Shown one piece after another: positions 20,446-29,414 of a DNA stretch of 64,000 nt. Source of the stretch: Candidatus Magasanikbacteria bacterium RIFCSPHIGHO2_02_FULL_48_18 (GTDB taxonomy: Bacteria; Patescibacteriota; Patescibacteriia; Magasanikbacterales; UBA922); NCBI GenBank assembly GCA_001784285.1, contig MFQC01000008.1, positions 90,599 to 154,598 on the forward strand, read 5' to 3'. Below the pieces are notes generated by a model, which searched no databases, was not told where the DNA came from, and saw only the letters and a program-made list of their open reading frames with translations. Position 1 is the first letter of the stretch; every line of letters starts with the position of its first letter. A program made the position numbers and the translations under genes.

Positions 20446-21825
20446 CTACATTCTTTCCGCGTAAAGCTGTTGTTTAATGGATTCTATTTCTTGTTTTAAT
20501 TTGAGATCATTTTCTATTTCAGTCAAAATTTTTGTGTGGGCATGCATGGCGGTGGTATGGTCTCTCCCGCCAAGCTCGTCGCCAATCGCAGGATAAGACA
20601 TTTTTAATTCCTGTCGGAGGAGAAACATGATGATTTGTCTCGGGAAAGACAGTTTTTTTTCTCTGCTTTTTCCGACAATATCGTCGGTGCTGATGCCATA
20701 AAATTTTGTCACGGCGCCGATAATGTCTCGCGGCGTCGAGGATTTGCGGAGATTGTTCGGTTCGAGGTTGGAAAGGATCGCACGAATGGTTTCTTTGGAA
20801 GGATCTATATTTTTGAGATTATGGAAGGCAATGATTTTGTTGAGTGCTCCTTCGAGCTCTCGGATATTGCTTTGGACATGAACCGCAATGAGCTGGGCGA
20901 CATCTTCTTCGAGCGGAAAATCTTTTTCCTGCGCTTTGGCCTGGAGAATGGCGGTTCGCGTTTCAAGATCTGGCGCGGAAATGTCGGTAATCATTCCCCA
21001 CTCAAATCGGCTTCGCAGGCGGTCTTCAAGGGAAGGAATGGCTTTTGGTGGTCTGTCGCTTGTCAACACGACCTGCTTTGATTGCTGGTGGAGCTCGTTG
21101 AATGTATGAAAAAACTCTTCCTGTGTTTGTTCTTTCCCCCCGATAAATTGGATGTCATCAATAAGAAGAAGGTCCGTGCCTCGGTATCGCTCTTTAAAAT
21201 GTGCGGTTCTGCCTTCTTTGATGGAAAGAACAAATTCGTTGGTGAATTTTTCTGAGGTGACGTATAAAATTTTCAACTGAGGATTGTTTTCAAGCATTTT
21301 TTGCGCAATCGCCTGAAGCAGGTGGGTTTTGCCAAGGCCCACACCTCCATAAATGAAGAGGGGGTTGTATGCATCCCCGGGACGGGACGCAACCGCCTGA
21401 GCCGCGGCATGGGAGAGTTCGTTGCCTTTCCCCACAATAAATGTGGAAAAGGTATATTTGGGATTGAGGCCAAACCGCGTGGCGAGTGTTTGTTTTTTTT
21501 CGGAGTAGATGGGAGTCTTTGCGCTTGAAATTGCAGGCATTTCGGAAAGCGCGCATTCCATTTCGGCAATATGTTTGATATTTTCGACATGGTATTCTAT
21601 TTTTTTCACCGGTTTTCCTGTGACATGCTCTAGCGTTTTGACAATATCGGAATGGTATTTTTTTTCAAGCCAGCTTTTGGTAAAGGCATTGGGGACACAG
21701 ACCGCGACTTCACCCGAGGAAAATTTGGCGATGCCGGTGCTTTTGAACCATGTGGTGAAATTGGCTTTTGAAAGTTTGAGTTCAAATTCAGCAAGAACAG
21801 CCTGCCAAATTTCATAATTCGTCAT
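20446..21825 (-). CDS. dnaA: Chromosomal replication initiator DnaA
   Basis: YNPLFIYGGVGLGKTHL, LLIDDIQF, RLRSRF, GGRDHTT. Confidence 0.98.
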   Translation of the reverse strand: MTNYEIWQAVLAEFELKLSKANFTTWFKSTGIAKFSSGEVAVCVPNAFTKSWLEKKYHSDIVKTLEHVTGKPVKKIEYHVENIKHIAEMECALSEMPAISSAKTPIYSEKKQTLATRFGLNPKYTFSTFIVGKGNELSHAAAQAVASRPGDAYNPLFIYGGVGLGKTHLLQAIAQKMLENNPQLKILYVTSEKFTNEFVLSIKEGRTAHFKERYRGTDLLLIDDIQFIGGKEQTQEEFFHTFNELHQQSKQVVLTSDRPPKAIPSLEDRLRSRFEWGMITDISAPDLETRTAILQAKAQEKDFPLEEDVAQLIAVHVQSNIRELEGALNKIIAFHNLKNIDPSKETIRAILSNLEPNNLRKSSTPRDIIGAVTKFYGISTDDIVGKSREKKLSFPRQIIMFLLRQELKMSYPAIGDELGGRDHTTAMHAHTKILTEIENDLKLKQEIESIKQQLYAERM

Positions 21826-21903
21826 AGAACGGAAAGAAAAAGATGGAATAGACCCATTTTATCATAGCGTTGCTGTTTAAAAAATGGCTTTATAAAGCCA
21901 AAA

Positions 21904-21943
21904 AGTGGGTAATATGGGGATAAGATGTGGATAGTGGGGATAA
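21904..21943. promoter_or_regulatory. DnaA-box cluster upstream of dnaA
   Basis: TGGGGATAA (21915-23), TGTGGATAG (21926-34), TGGGGATAA (21935-43), weaker AGTGGGTAA (21904-12). Confidence 0.75.
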
Positions 21944-21954
21944 ATGGCTCAATC

Positions 21955-21984
21955 TTGACATATTCTTAGTTTATCATATATACT
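21955..21984 (+). promoter_or_regulatory. Sigma70 promoter of rpmH
   Basis: TTGACA-18-TATACT. Confidence 0.65.
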
Positions 21985-22018
21985 ATGCGTACTTTTGCAT
22001 AGACCTCATTTTTTTCGT

Positions 22019-22195
22019 ATGACCAAACGAACATACCAGCCTAAAAAAAGAAAACGCGCCAAAACACACGGGTTTCGTGCGCGCATGAAGACCAAAGACG
22101 GCCGAGATGTCTTAAAGCGACGAAGACTCAAGGGCCGAAAGAAACTCACCGTGAGTGATGAAAAAAAGGGAAAGAGAACCAAGAAAACACGATAA
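22019..22195 (+). CDS. rpmH: 50S ribosomal protein L34
   Basis: [23 protein letters not shown]. Confidence 0.97.
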   Translation: MTKRTYQPKKRKRAKTHGFRARMKTKDGRDVLKRRRLKGRKKLTVSDEKKGKRTKKTR

Positions 22196-22264
22196 CATTT
22201 TTTTTACTCAAAAGGACTTCGTTTGGCGGAGTCTTTTTTGATATACTACCGCTGTCTTTGTCCT

Positions 22265-22648
22265 ATGCTCAAAAATCAGTTTCGCCTCAAACGAAAAAAA
22301 GATTTTGAGATTCTCTTCCAAAAGGGTCGGTTTGTGGACGCAAAACTTGTGGGACTCAAAATTTGGCGCATTGATCCCGCCGCCTTCCCTCGGCGGGCAT
22401 TTTCATCGGACGACCTCCTTATTGGTTTTGTGGTCGGAACAAAGATCGATAAGCGAGCGGTCGTACGAAACAAAATGAAGCGGCGTCTGCGAGAGGCGGT
22501 GCGGCATATTTTGGAAACCAATGGAATACGCAAGGGGTATATAATGGCGTTTTTAGCAAAGCCGGCGATGAAAGAGGCGGATTATGCCGAGATACAGAAG
22601 AATGTCTTTTTTTTGCTGAATAAAGCAAAGATTTTGGAAAGATTGTAA
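22265..22648 (+). CDS. rnpA: Ribonuclease P protein component
   Basis: RLKRKKDF, GFVVGTKIDKRAVVRNKMKRRLRE (RNR-motif variant); follows rpmH. Confidence 0.93.
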   Translation: MLKNQFRLKRKKDFEILFQKGRFVDAKLVGLKIWRIDPAAFPRRAFSSDDLLIGFVVGTKIDKRAVVRNKMKRRLREAVRHILETNGIRKGYIMAFLAKPAMKEADYAEIQKNVFFLLNKAKILERL

Positions 22649-22717
22649 AGAGCTGAGATAATGGAACGTTATACAAAAGTTATTTTTTATCATCAAGTCA
22701 CTTTTAACCTCAATAAT

Positions 22718-22885
22718 ATGGGTAAAATCGAAACATACTCGGATAACAAGGGTAATTCAATCACGGTCGAAACTGCTTCAGATGGCGTAACCGTTTCCGC
22801 TCGGATAAAAACGAAGCCAAAATATACTGGCGGTTCAAGCGCTTCGGCGGCACGAGCATATGCGCAAAGAAACGGTCTTAAATAA
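22718..22885 (+). CDS. Small hypothetical protein (55 aa)
   Basis: ORF MGKIETYSDNKGNS... filling the rnpA-yidD gap. Confidence 0.5.
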   Translation: MGKIETYSDNKGNSITVETASDGVTVSARIKTKPKYTGGSSASAARAYAQRNGLK

Positions 22886-23144
22886 ATTTCGCTCCTTCCT
22901 CTCTCTCCCTGGCAACATTCTCCGCGGCGTCATTTGGCTGTATCAAAAAACACTGTCGCCGGACCACAGTTTTTGGGGCAAGCGGGTGTTTTCAAACGGG
23001 TATTGCAAGTTTTATCCCAGTTGCAGTGAGTACGGGCGGCAAGCGATACAAAAGAGAGGGATCGTCGTCGGATCTCTCAAGACTGTTTGGCGAATTTTGC
23101 GGTGCAATCCGTGGAACAAGGGCGGGGTTGATGTGCCGAAGTAA
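22860..23144 (+). CDS. yidD: Membrane protein insertion efficiency factor
   Basis: YQKTLSP, CKFYPSCSEY, RILRCNPW..GGVD. Confidence 0.93.
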   Translation: MRKETVLNKFRSFLSLPGNILRGVIWLYQKTLSPDHSFWGKRVFSNGYCKFYPSCSEYGRQAIQKRGIVVGSLKTVWRILRCNPWNKGGVDVPK

Positions 23145-23150
23145 GTTTTT

Positions 23151-23426
23151 TTAGTGTTTGTTTTGGAAAAGTTTCAGCGCCGCGTCCAAAGAAAAAGTAT
23201 CATCCTGGATTTCCAGGATTTTTTTTCTGCTGGAAAAACCGGAGATAATACGCATGTCTGTTTTGCGCACATGCCATGTTTTGGAGAGAAATGAAACAAG
23301 CGCTTTATTGGCCTCTCCGTCTGCTGGAACAGCACGAAGTTTTATTTTCACAGAGCCGTCGGGAAGAAGGCCGACAAAAGTGTTTGTTGAAGAACGAGGA
23401 GCGACCGTGATAGAAATTCTCTGCAT
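23151..23426 (-). CDS. DUF167/YggU family protein
   Basis: VAPRSS, AVPADGEANKAL, SGFSSRKK. Confidence 0.85.
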   Translation of the reverse strand: MQRISITVAPRSSTNTFVGLLPDGSVKIKLRAVPADGEANKALVSFLSKTWHVRKTDMRIISGFSSRKKILEIQDDTFSLDAALKLFQNKH

Positions 23427-23447
23427 ACGCGAAAAAAATCCGCAGGG

Positions 23448-24842
23448 TTATGCCGACGGCGGCGTATTGGCGTGGCCGTGGGAATCACCATGGGTGTGGT
23501 CATGGTTTTCATCGTTGCAGTCTTTGCATCCCATTTTGCTGAGGTTGGGGTCGTCCATCATGTCTTCTCCCAAAATTTTTGCCTTGAGCCAGGCCATGAC
23601 TTTTTTGTTTTGAAGCTGTATGGCGATGGTGTCTTTTACTTCCGGTCTTTTGAGGCGGTCGCGGTATTCGGCGTTATCTTTATATATGTCTTTGAGCGCG
23701 GCAAGTTCGCTTTGAAGTTCAGCGTCTTCAACCGTAAAATTTTGTTCCTGCGCGATTTGCCGAGACAACAGCGACGCCTTTACTCTGCGGACGGCACGCT
23801 CTTTAAATTCTTCAAAGAGGTCTTTTTCTTTTTTCTTGATATCGCCAAGGTATTGGTCAATGCTCACATTGTGCCGCTCTAGGTCTCTTCGCAACTCAAA
23901 CATCATTTTTTCTCGTTCCGCGTCAATAAGAATATCCGGGATCTCTCCAAAAGAGGAAGCATCAATCATTTTTTCCAGAATTTCTATTTCTGCCGCGTCG
24001 TTCGCTTTTTTTTGTTCTTCTTCAAAAATATTTTGTTCAATGCGTTCTCGGAGTTTTTGCGCGCTTTCCTGGCCAAGCGTTTTGGCAAATTCGTCGGTCA
24101 ATTCCGGGAGTTCCCGATCAAACACCTCTTTCGCCGTTACGATAAATGCGACTTTTTTTCCCGCCAGCTGTTTTTGGTAATGCGTGTCCGGAAACGTGAG
24201 AGAAAATTCTTTTGTGCTTCCTTTTTCAAGCCCAAGCAACTGGTCGTTGAATCCTGGAATGTAATGGTCTTCATTGAGATACACGCGATAATCATTGGCT
24301 TGTCCTCCTTCAATAGGGACGTTGTCAACGGTCATGGCCATATCAATCACGATTGCGTCATCTTTGGCGGCCGGACCGGACTTTGCCGCTTCTTTTGCGC
24401 GCATGCCACGGAGCGCGGCAAGCGTTTTGTCAATTTGCGAAGGGTCAACCGACACCGAGCGTTTTTTTACCGTAATCGTATCGGGGTTCGCGACAGAAAC
24501 GCTGGGGAAAAGGGCGACTGTTGCGGAAAATTCAAGCTCATTAGCGGGAGCGATTTTTTTTACATCAATTTTTGGCATTCCCACCACGTCAAGTTTTTCT
24601 TCCAAAACAGCCGTATAGTAAAATTCATGAACAATGGATTCAAGCGCTTCTTCAAGGATAGCCATGTCTCCCACTTCTTTTTTGATAATATCAAAGGGGG
24701 CTTTCCCTTTTCGAAATCCTCGTATGGCGCTTCTGTCCGATATCCGTTTTGCGGCTTTTTCGAGATGATGCTGGTATTCTTCGGGCAAAACGGTAATGGT
24801 TATGGTCACGCTGGCATTATTTTTTTCTGTTGTATGGTGCAT
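23448..24842 (-). CDS. tig: Trigger factor with C-terminal CxxC/His-rich tail
   Basis: GFRKGKAP ribosome-binding signature, FKBP-like YIPGFNDQL and FPDTY..QLAGK; start inferred at 24842. Confidence 0.93.
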   Translation of the reverse strand: MHHTTEKNNASVTITITVLPEEYQHHLEKAAKRISDRSAIRGFRKGKAPFDIIKKEVGDMAILEEALESIVHEFYYTAVLEEKLDVVGMPKIDVKKIAPANELEFSATVALFPSVSVANPDTITVKKRSVSVDPSQIDKTLAALRGMRAKEAAKSGPAAKDDAIVIDMAMTVDNVPIEGGQANDYRVYLNEDHYIPGFNDQLLGLEKGSTKEFSLTFPDTHYQKQLAGKKVAFIVTAKEVFDRELPELTDEFAKTLGQESAQKLRERIEQNIFEEEQKKANDAAEIEILEKMIDASSFGEIPDILIDAEREKMMFELRRDLERHNVSIDQYLGDIKKKEKDLFEEFKERAVRRVKASLLSRQIAQEQNFTVEDAELQSELAALKDIYKDNAEYRDRLKRPEVKDTIAIQLQNKKVMAWLKAKILGEDMMDDPNLSKMGCKDCNDENHDHTHGDSHGHANTPPSA

Positions 24843-24931
24843 AAAGGCAAAAACATAAAGAAATACGGTTGCCCTAGCATACCGTGCGATAGAAAAAACG
24901 TCAACCTGGTTCTCTTTCCCGAACCGCAAAA

Positions 24932-26347
24932 GTGTGGTATCTTGAGGGGAGGAGCCAAAAGGCTCCGGACGGTATGCATTATTTTGGCTATAAATTTCTT
25001 CATCGACTTCTTACAGGTCTTGTCTATGGGAAACGGGCGCTGGTATGGGGGCTCGGACGTCTCTGGTCACTCTATACGGGCGTACAGCGGCTGTACCGGC
25101 ACACGATAGGATTTCGCTTTGTTAAGCTTTTTTTTGTCTTACAGAAAAAATTAGGATCTCGTCTACACCCCTGGTCAGAGTGGGTGTTTATTTTTTTAGG
25201 AAAACGATTGACGTTGCAGGTGATTCTTTTTTTGGTGGCGACGGTCGTCATGGTTCCTCATACCAAACTGTATACCAAGGAAATTATCGGGACGCCCGGA
25301 AGAAACACCTTATTATATGCGTTTGTGGGGCCGGGGGATCAAGATTTTTCCATTGAAGAGGTGGTGGGGGAGGTTGACACGCAACTCACTCAGCAATCCC
25401 GCACATGGAGAGAGGGCGCCGTGACTTTGGAAACGCCCCAAGGACCATCAGCGCAGATAAAACAGGAGCCGGAAGAGATTGCGGGCATAAGCGCCGGCGG
25501 GTCTGCCCTTGCAAAGCCCACGATTATCTCCGGCAGTCTTGTGGAGTCTCAGGCGGCCGAGAACGGGTCTATCAGCGGCAGAAGAGAGATTGTTGAATAT
25601 ACCGTAGAATCTGGAGATACCGTCAGCGATATTTCCAAGAAGTTTCAAGTGCAGATTGAAACCATTCTCTGGGCAAATAATTTGTCGGTGCGTTCGTATA
25701 TTCGTCCCGGAGATCGGCTAAAGATATTGCCGGTTGACGGTGTATTGTATACGGTCAAAAAAGGAGATACGGTCTTGAAAATCGCCAAGAATTTTTCATC
25801 CGACGCGGACGAGATTATTGCGTTCAACCGTTTGCAGAAAGATGGGGCGGACATTATCGTGGGGGAACAACTTATTCTTCCCGGAGGAAAAATTTCGGCG
25901 CCAGTGTATGCGCCTCGTCCTCAACAGTCGTCCAAGTTTCAATCCATTGTCGCTCCGCCTCCTTCCGTTGCCACGCCGGCCGGATCAGGATACTTATGGC
26001 CCACCACTCTTCGTCATATTACCCAGTATTTTGGGTTGCGGCATACCGGTCTTGATATCGCGGGCCCTTCCGGCGCTCCCGTGTATGCATCTCGTTCAGG
26101 GACCATTATAAAGTCTCAATGCGGATGGAATGGAGGTTATGGGTGCTATATTATTATTGACCATGGCGGCGGCGTGCATACGCTGTATGGCCATAATTCG
26201 CAATTGTTGGTTTCCTCCGGCGACACTGTCGTCCAGGGACAAACCATTGCCCTATCAGGCAACACCGGACGGTCAACCGGTCCGCACCTCCACTTTGAAG
26301 TGCGCGTCAACGGAGGAAGACAAAATCCGTTAAAATATATTCGATAA
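24932..26347 (+). CDS. LysM x2 plus M23 metallopeptidase
   Basis: YTVESGDT and YTVKKGDT LysM repeats; HTGLD, YGHN and HLHFEV M23 motifs; start uncertain. Confidence 0.92.
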   Translation: MWYLEGRSQKAPDGMHYFGYKFLHRLLTGLVYGKRALVWGLGRLWSLYTGVQRLYRHTIGFRFVKLFFVLQKKLGSRLHPWSEWVFIFLGKRLTLQVILFLVATVVMVPHTKLYTKEIIGTPGRNTLLYAFVGPGDQDFSIEEVVGEVDTQLTQQSRTWREGAVTLETPQGPSAQIKQEPEEIAGISAGGSALAKPTIISGSLVESQAAENGSISGRREIVEYTVESGDTVSDISKKFQVQIETILWANNLSVRSYIRPGDRLKILPVDGVLYTVKKGDTVLKIAKNFSSDADEIIAFNRLQKDGADIIVGEQLILPGGKISAPVYAPRPQQSSKFQSIVAPPPSVATPAGSGYLWPTTLRHITQYFGLRHTGLDIAGPSGAPVYASRSGTIIKSQCGWNGGYGCYIIIDHGGGVHTLYGHNSQLLVSSGDTVVQGQTIALSGNTGRSTGPHLHFEVRVNGGRQNPLKYIR

Positions 26348-26373
26348 GAACCTGTTTCAGATCTCCTTGGTTG

Positions 26374-27897
26374 TTATTCTGCTCGCGCTCGGTATTGGAT
26401 CGCTTCCGCAACATGATGCGGATGAATGCGATCGTCGCGATCAAGATCAGCGATCGTTCGCGCCATTTTGATGATGCGAAAAAAACTTCGTGCGGAAAAC
26501 CCCATTTGCTTTGTGGCAGTGCGCAAGAGTTCGATCGTATCGTCCGTAAGAGGGCAGAATTCCCGAATTTCTTTATTGCCCATTTCGCTGTTGGTGGCTA
26601 TAGGCAGGGACGCAAATCGTTTCCGCTGGCGTTCGCGTGCCGCTTCCACCCGCTCTCGCACAAGAGCGGAGGACTCGCTGAGCGCCACCGTATGCAGTTT
26701 TTCAAATTGAACGCGAGGCACATCTACATGCAGATCAATGCGGTCGAGGAGCGGGCCGCTTATTTTTTTCTGGTAGCGATGTTTTTGCTCTGGAGAGCAC
26801 ACGCATGGTTTTTCCGGATCGGTCGCATATCCGCAGGGACACGGATTTTGGCTTGCGATCAGTGTGAACCGCGCGGGAAAGCTGAGCGTCCCTTGCGCCC
26901 GCGAAATGGTGACGACGCCGTCTTCAAGCGGCTGACGAAGATTTTCCAAGACCACGCGCGGGAATTCCGGAAATTCATCAAGAAAAAGAACACCCCGGTG
27001 CGCTAAAGAAATTTCTCCCGGCTTGGGATATTTGCCGCCGCCAACCAAGGCCACGCCGCTTGCGCTGTGATGAGGAGACCGAAACGGCCGCTGATTGATA
27101 TAGGGTTTGTTTTTTGGCAAAAGTCCGGCAACGGAATAAATTTTGGTGACTTCAATGATTTCTTTAGCGGTCATGGAGGGGAGGAGCGACGGAAACGTGC
27201 GCGCGAGCAATGTTTTTCCTGATCCCGGCGGTCCGGAAAGAAGAATATTGTGCGCGCCGCTCGCGGCAATTTCGAGGGCTCGTTTTGCAAATTCTTGCCC
27301 TTTGATATATGCCATGTCTCCGTCAATTGAGAGCAGGGGAGCGTCGAGAGCAAGTGGAGACGGCTCAAGCGGAGGAATGATCGACACCTGTTCGATGTGG
27401 TCAATGACGTGGCGAAAAGACGCGACCGGATGAATGCGGATATGTTCTACCAGGCCGGCTTCTGTTGCGTTCACCAAAGGAAGAAAGAGATGTTTGTACC
27501 CTTGTTCGGCCGCAAAAATGGCTATCGGCAATATGCCGTTCGTGTGCCGCAATGTTCCATCGAGCGCCAATTCTCCGACAAATAAACAATCTGACAGGTC
27601 AATGTCAGATTGTTTGGTTGTGGCGCAATACATGCCGACCGCCATGGGAAGATCGTATAAACTTCCTTCTTTGCGGATATCGGCCGGCGCGAGATTGACG
27701 ACCACACGGCCATTATTTGGAAATTGCAGTCCTGAATTTTTCCACGCGGTTCGAATGCGTTCTTTTGCTTCTTGAATGGCGGTGTCGGGCAGGCCGACAA
27801 TATGATACCCCGGCCATGCGCCGGCAATATCCACTTCTACGTCAATTGTGGTGCACTCAAGCCCCAATACCGCGGCCGAATGAATGGTAGTAAACAT
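26374..27897 (-). CDS. comM: YifB/ComM Mg-chelatase-like AAA+ ATPase
   Basis: VGLPD, NLAPAD..KEG, GPPGSGKT, PFRSPHH, PGEISLAHRGVLFLDE, NPCPCG. Confidence 0.93.
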   Translation of the reverse strand: MFTTIHSAAVLGLECTTIDVEVDIAGAWPGYHIVGLPDTAIQEAKERIRTAWKNSGLQFPNNGRVVVNLAPADIRKEGSLYDLPMAVGMYCATTKQSDIDLSDCLFVGELALDGTLRHTNGILPIAIFAAEQGYKHLFLPLVNATEAGLVEHIRIHPVASFRHVIDHIEQVSIIPPLEPSPLALDAPLLSIDGDMAYIKGQEFAKRALEIAASGAHNILLSGPPGSGKTLLARTFPSLLPSMTAKEIIEVTKIYSVAGLLPKNKPYINQRPFRSPHHSASGVALVGGGKYPKPGEISLAHRGVLFLDEFPEFPRVVLENLRQPLEDGVVTISRAQGTLSFPARFTLIASQNPCPCGYATDPEKPCVCSPEQKHRYQKKISGPLLDRIDLHVDVPRVQFEKLHTVALSESSALVRERVEAARERQRKRFASLPIATNSEMGNKEIREFCPLTDDTIELLRTATKQMGFSARSFFRIIKMARTIADLDRDDRIHPHHVAEAIQYRARAE

Positions 27898-27965
27898 ATC
27901 CCTCCTTATGATGATATAAATGTATTGTTATTGTACCAATGATGCGAGCATAATTCAACAGCGTC

Positions 27966-28397
27966 TTAGAATTTTTTTTTGTATTCATCAACAAAAATCA
28001 GCCCGACCCCTGCGAGAATCATTCCGTCGGCGATATTGACGACTGATGTCCATATCCGAAGATAATCAACCGTAAAGCCAAAGAATATCCGGTCAAAAAG
28101 ATTGGAGAGCGCGCCGACAATAATAAAAAATAATCCAAGCGTCACGAGGGTGTGTTTCTTTTTTTGGTGCAAGAGAACAAAAAGAAGCCAGAGCAGGATA
28201 AGCGATGTAAGGCCAATGAGAAGCGGGGAGGGGAAAGGGAGGCTGAAGGCGATGCCTGGATTTTTATAATAGTCCCAGCCAAACCATTGGAAAGAGGGAA
28301 AAAAGAATGGGTCTCGCATCGCGATGTATTTGAATATGCGATCAAAAAATAAAAAAAATCCTGTAATAAGAAGGGAAGACAGGATTTTTTTGTGCAT
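27966..28397 (-). CDS. lspA: Lipoprotein signal peptidase II
   Basis: NPGIAFS, GALSNLFDR, VDY, NIAD; start at ATG 28397. Confidence 0.88.
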   Translation of the reverse strand: MHKKILSSLLITGFFLFFDRIFKYIAMRDPFFFPSFQWFGWDYYKNPGIAFSLPFPSPLLIGLTSLILLWLLFVLLHQKKKHTLVTLGLFFIIVGALSNLFDRIFFGFTVDYLRIWTSVVNIADGMILAGVGLIFVDEYKKKF

Positions 28398-28429
28398 ACG
28401 GATATATCGGGCAAGAAAGAGCCTTTGTT

Positions 28430-28819
28430 TTATGCTTCCTGGGTGATTGTTTTTTTGCATGGAATGCAGGAACTCGATGTGGGCCGGGCGCGAAGGCGTT
28501 TTTCTTCTATGGGCTGTCCGCAGTATTTGCACATGCCGTACTGGCCCTTGTCAATTCGGTCGAGCGCCTTGACCACATCTCGGAGCGTTTTTTCCAATGT
28601 GAGTTCTAGTGGCTTGTTGGTGGTGTACTCGGCGACTTCCCGCGCGTTGTCGTCTTCTTCACTGCCATACTCGGGCATGGTGGTTTCAAAATCTCCTTCC
28701 ACATGAGGATTTTTGGTTGTAAATTTTGCCAGCTCTTTGGTGAGGCGGTCTTTTTCTGTGAGGAGCATGTTTTTCATGTCGTCAAGAAATGCTTTGGAAA
28801 ATGAAGTTGTTTGAGCCAT
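28430..28819 (-). CDS. TraR/DksA-family C4 zinc-finger protein
   Basis: ALDRIDKGQYGMCKYCGQPI..KRLRARP....CIPC; start ATG 28819. Confidence 0.9.
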   Translation of the reverse strand: MAQTTSFSKAFLDDMKNMLLTEKDRLTKELAKFTTKNPHVEGDFETTMPEYGSEEDDNAREVAEYTTNKPLELTLEKTLRDVVKALDRIDKGQYGMCKYCGQPIEEKRLRARPTSSSCIPCKKTITQEA

Positions 28820-28897
28820 ACGGATAGTGATGCACGTCGTTTCTATGGCAAAATCAGAAGAGAGAAACTGGGCGGCTGTGAATAAAAGGTATGAAGA

Positions 28898-28926
28898 AGT
28901 ATAGCCTACAAAGGGTTTTTTATCAA
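28898..28926 (-). promoter_or_regulatory. Promoter of dksA-like/lspA genes
   Basis: TTGATA-17-TATACT on the minus strand. Confidence 0.6.
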
Positions 28927-29008
28927 TAGTTATTATACGAAACCTCTTCTGAAAAAACAATGACCACCCAAAAGAAAAGCAAAAAGCAACAGAAGAAGAA
29001 AAACAAAT

Positions 29009-29054
29009 AAAAAAGGGCAATCAACGCCCTGGGTAATTGAATGGCGGATCGCCC
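29009..29054 (-). terminator. Terminator ending the candidate ncRNA
   Basis: GGGCGATC-CGCC...GGCG-TT-GATTGCCC followed by TTTTTT on the minus strand. Confidence 0.7.
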
Positions 29055-29379
29055 TCAAATTCCCCAAGCGTCGTCATGTCAGATGATGCGGAAAAAGGTT
29101 TAAAAATCTGTTTCCACATCATCTGACAAGACAGATCATCCGGGGGATGATAAGCCCTTCTACCGCTCTAAAGGTGGAAACTCTCCGCGTACCGGCCGAA
29201 AGGCACAGGACACATAATGGAGAGCGACCGAAGTCCGAACTTACCGCATACACAATAGTTCATTCTTCCCTAAGCAATTGTGCAGGGGAAAGTCCGGAAA
29301 AGAGAGCAGTGAAAAGGGAGTGATGCTGTTCCCAACGAAATGACGTTGTGAACAACATTCTTTTCATAAAGAGCAAGAT
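29009..29379 (-). ncRNA. Candidate structured non-coding RNA of unknown family
   Basis: Own promoter and terminator; four-way junction with UUCG tetraloop, long hairpin, G-U pairs mostly favouring the minus strand; no ORF >=60 aa. Confidence 0.6.
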
Positions 29380-29385
29380 ATAATC

Positions 29386-29414
29386 AGTATAGCAGTTTTT
29401 TTGAAATATGTCAA
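29386..29414 (-). promoter_or_regulatory. Consensus sigma70 promoter with extended -10
   Basis: TTGACA (29414-09), 17 bp, TGcTATACT (-10 at 29391-86). Confidence 0.8.

Noticed and set aside
20234-20464. Small ORFs in the dnaA-dnaN spacer
   Set aside because: Low-complexity translations of the T-rich origin region
29285-29297. GGGGAAAGTCCGG resembling the RNase P RNA CR-I motif on the plus strand
   Set aside because: It lies near the end of the structured region with no CR-V (ACAxAAxxCGGCUUA) downstream, and the promoter, terminator and G-U pairs favour the opposite strand
29009-29379. T-box riboswitch or tmRNA interpretation
   Set aside because: No UGGNACC T-box bulge, no tRNA-like TTCGA/CCA ends, and the downstream gene has its own promoter
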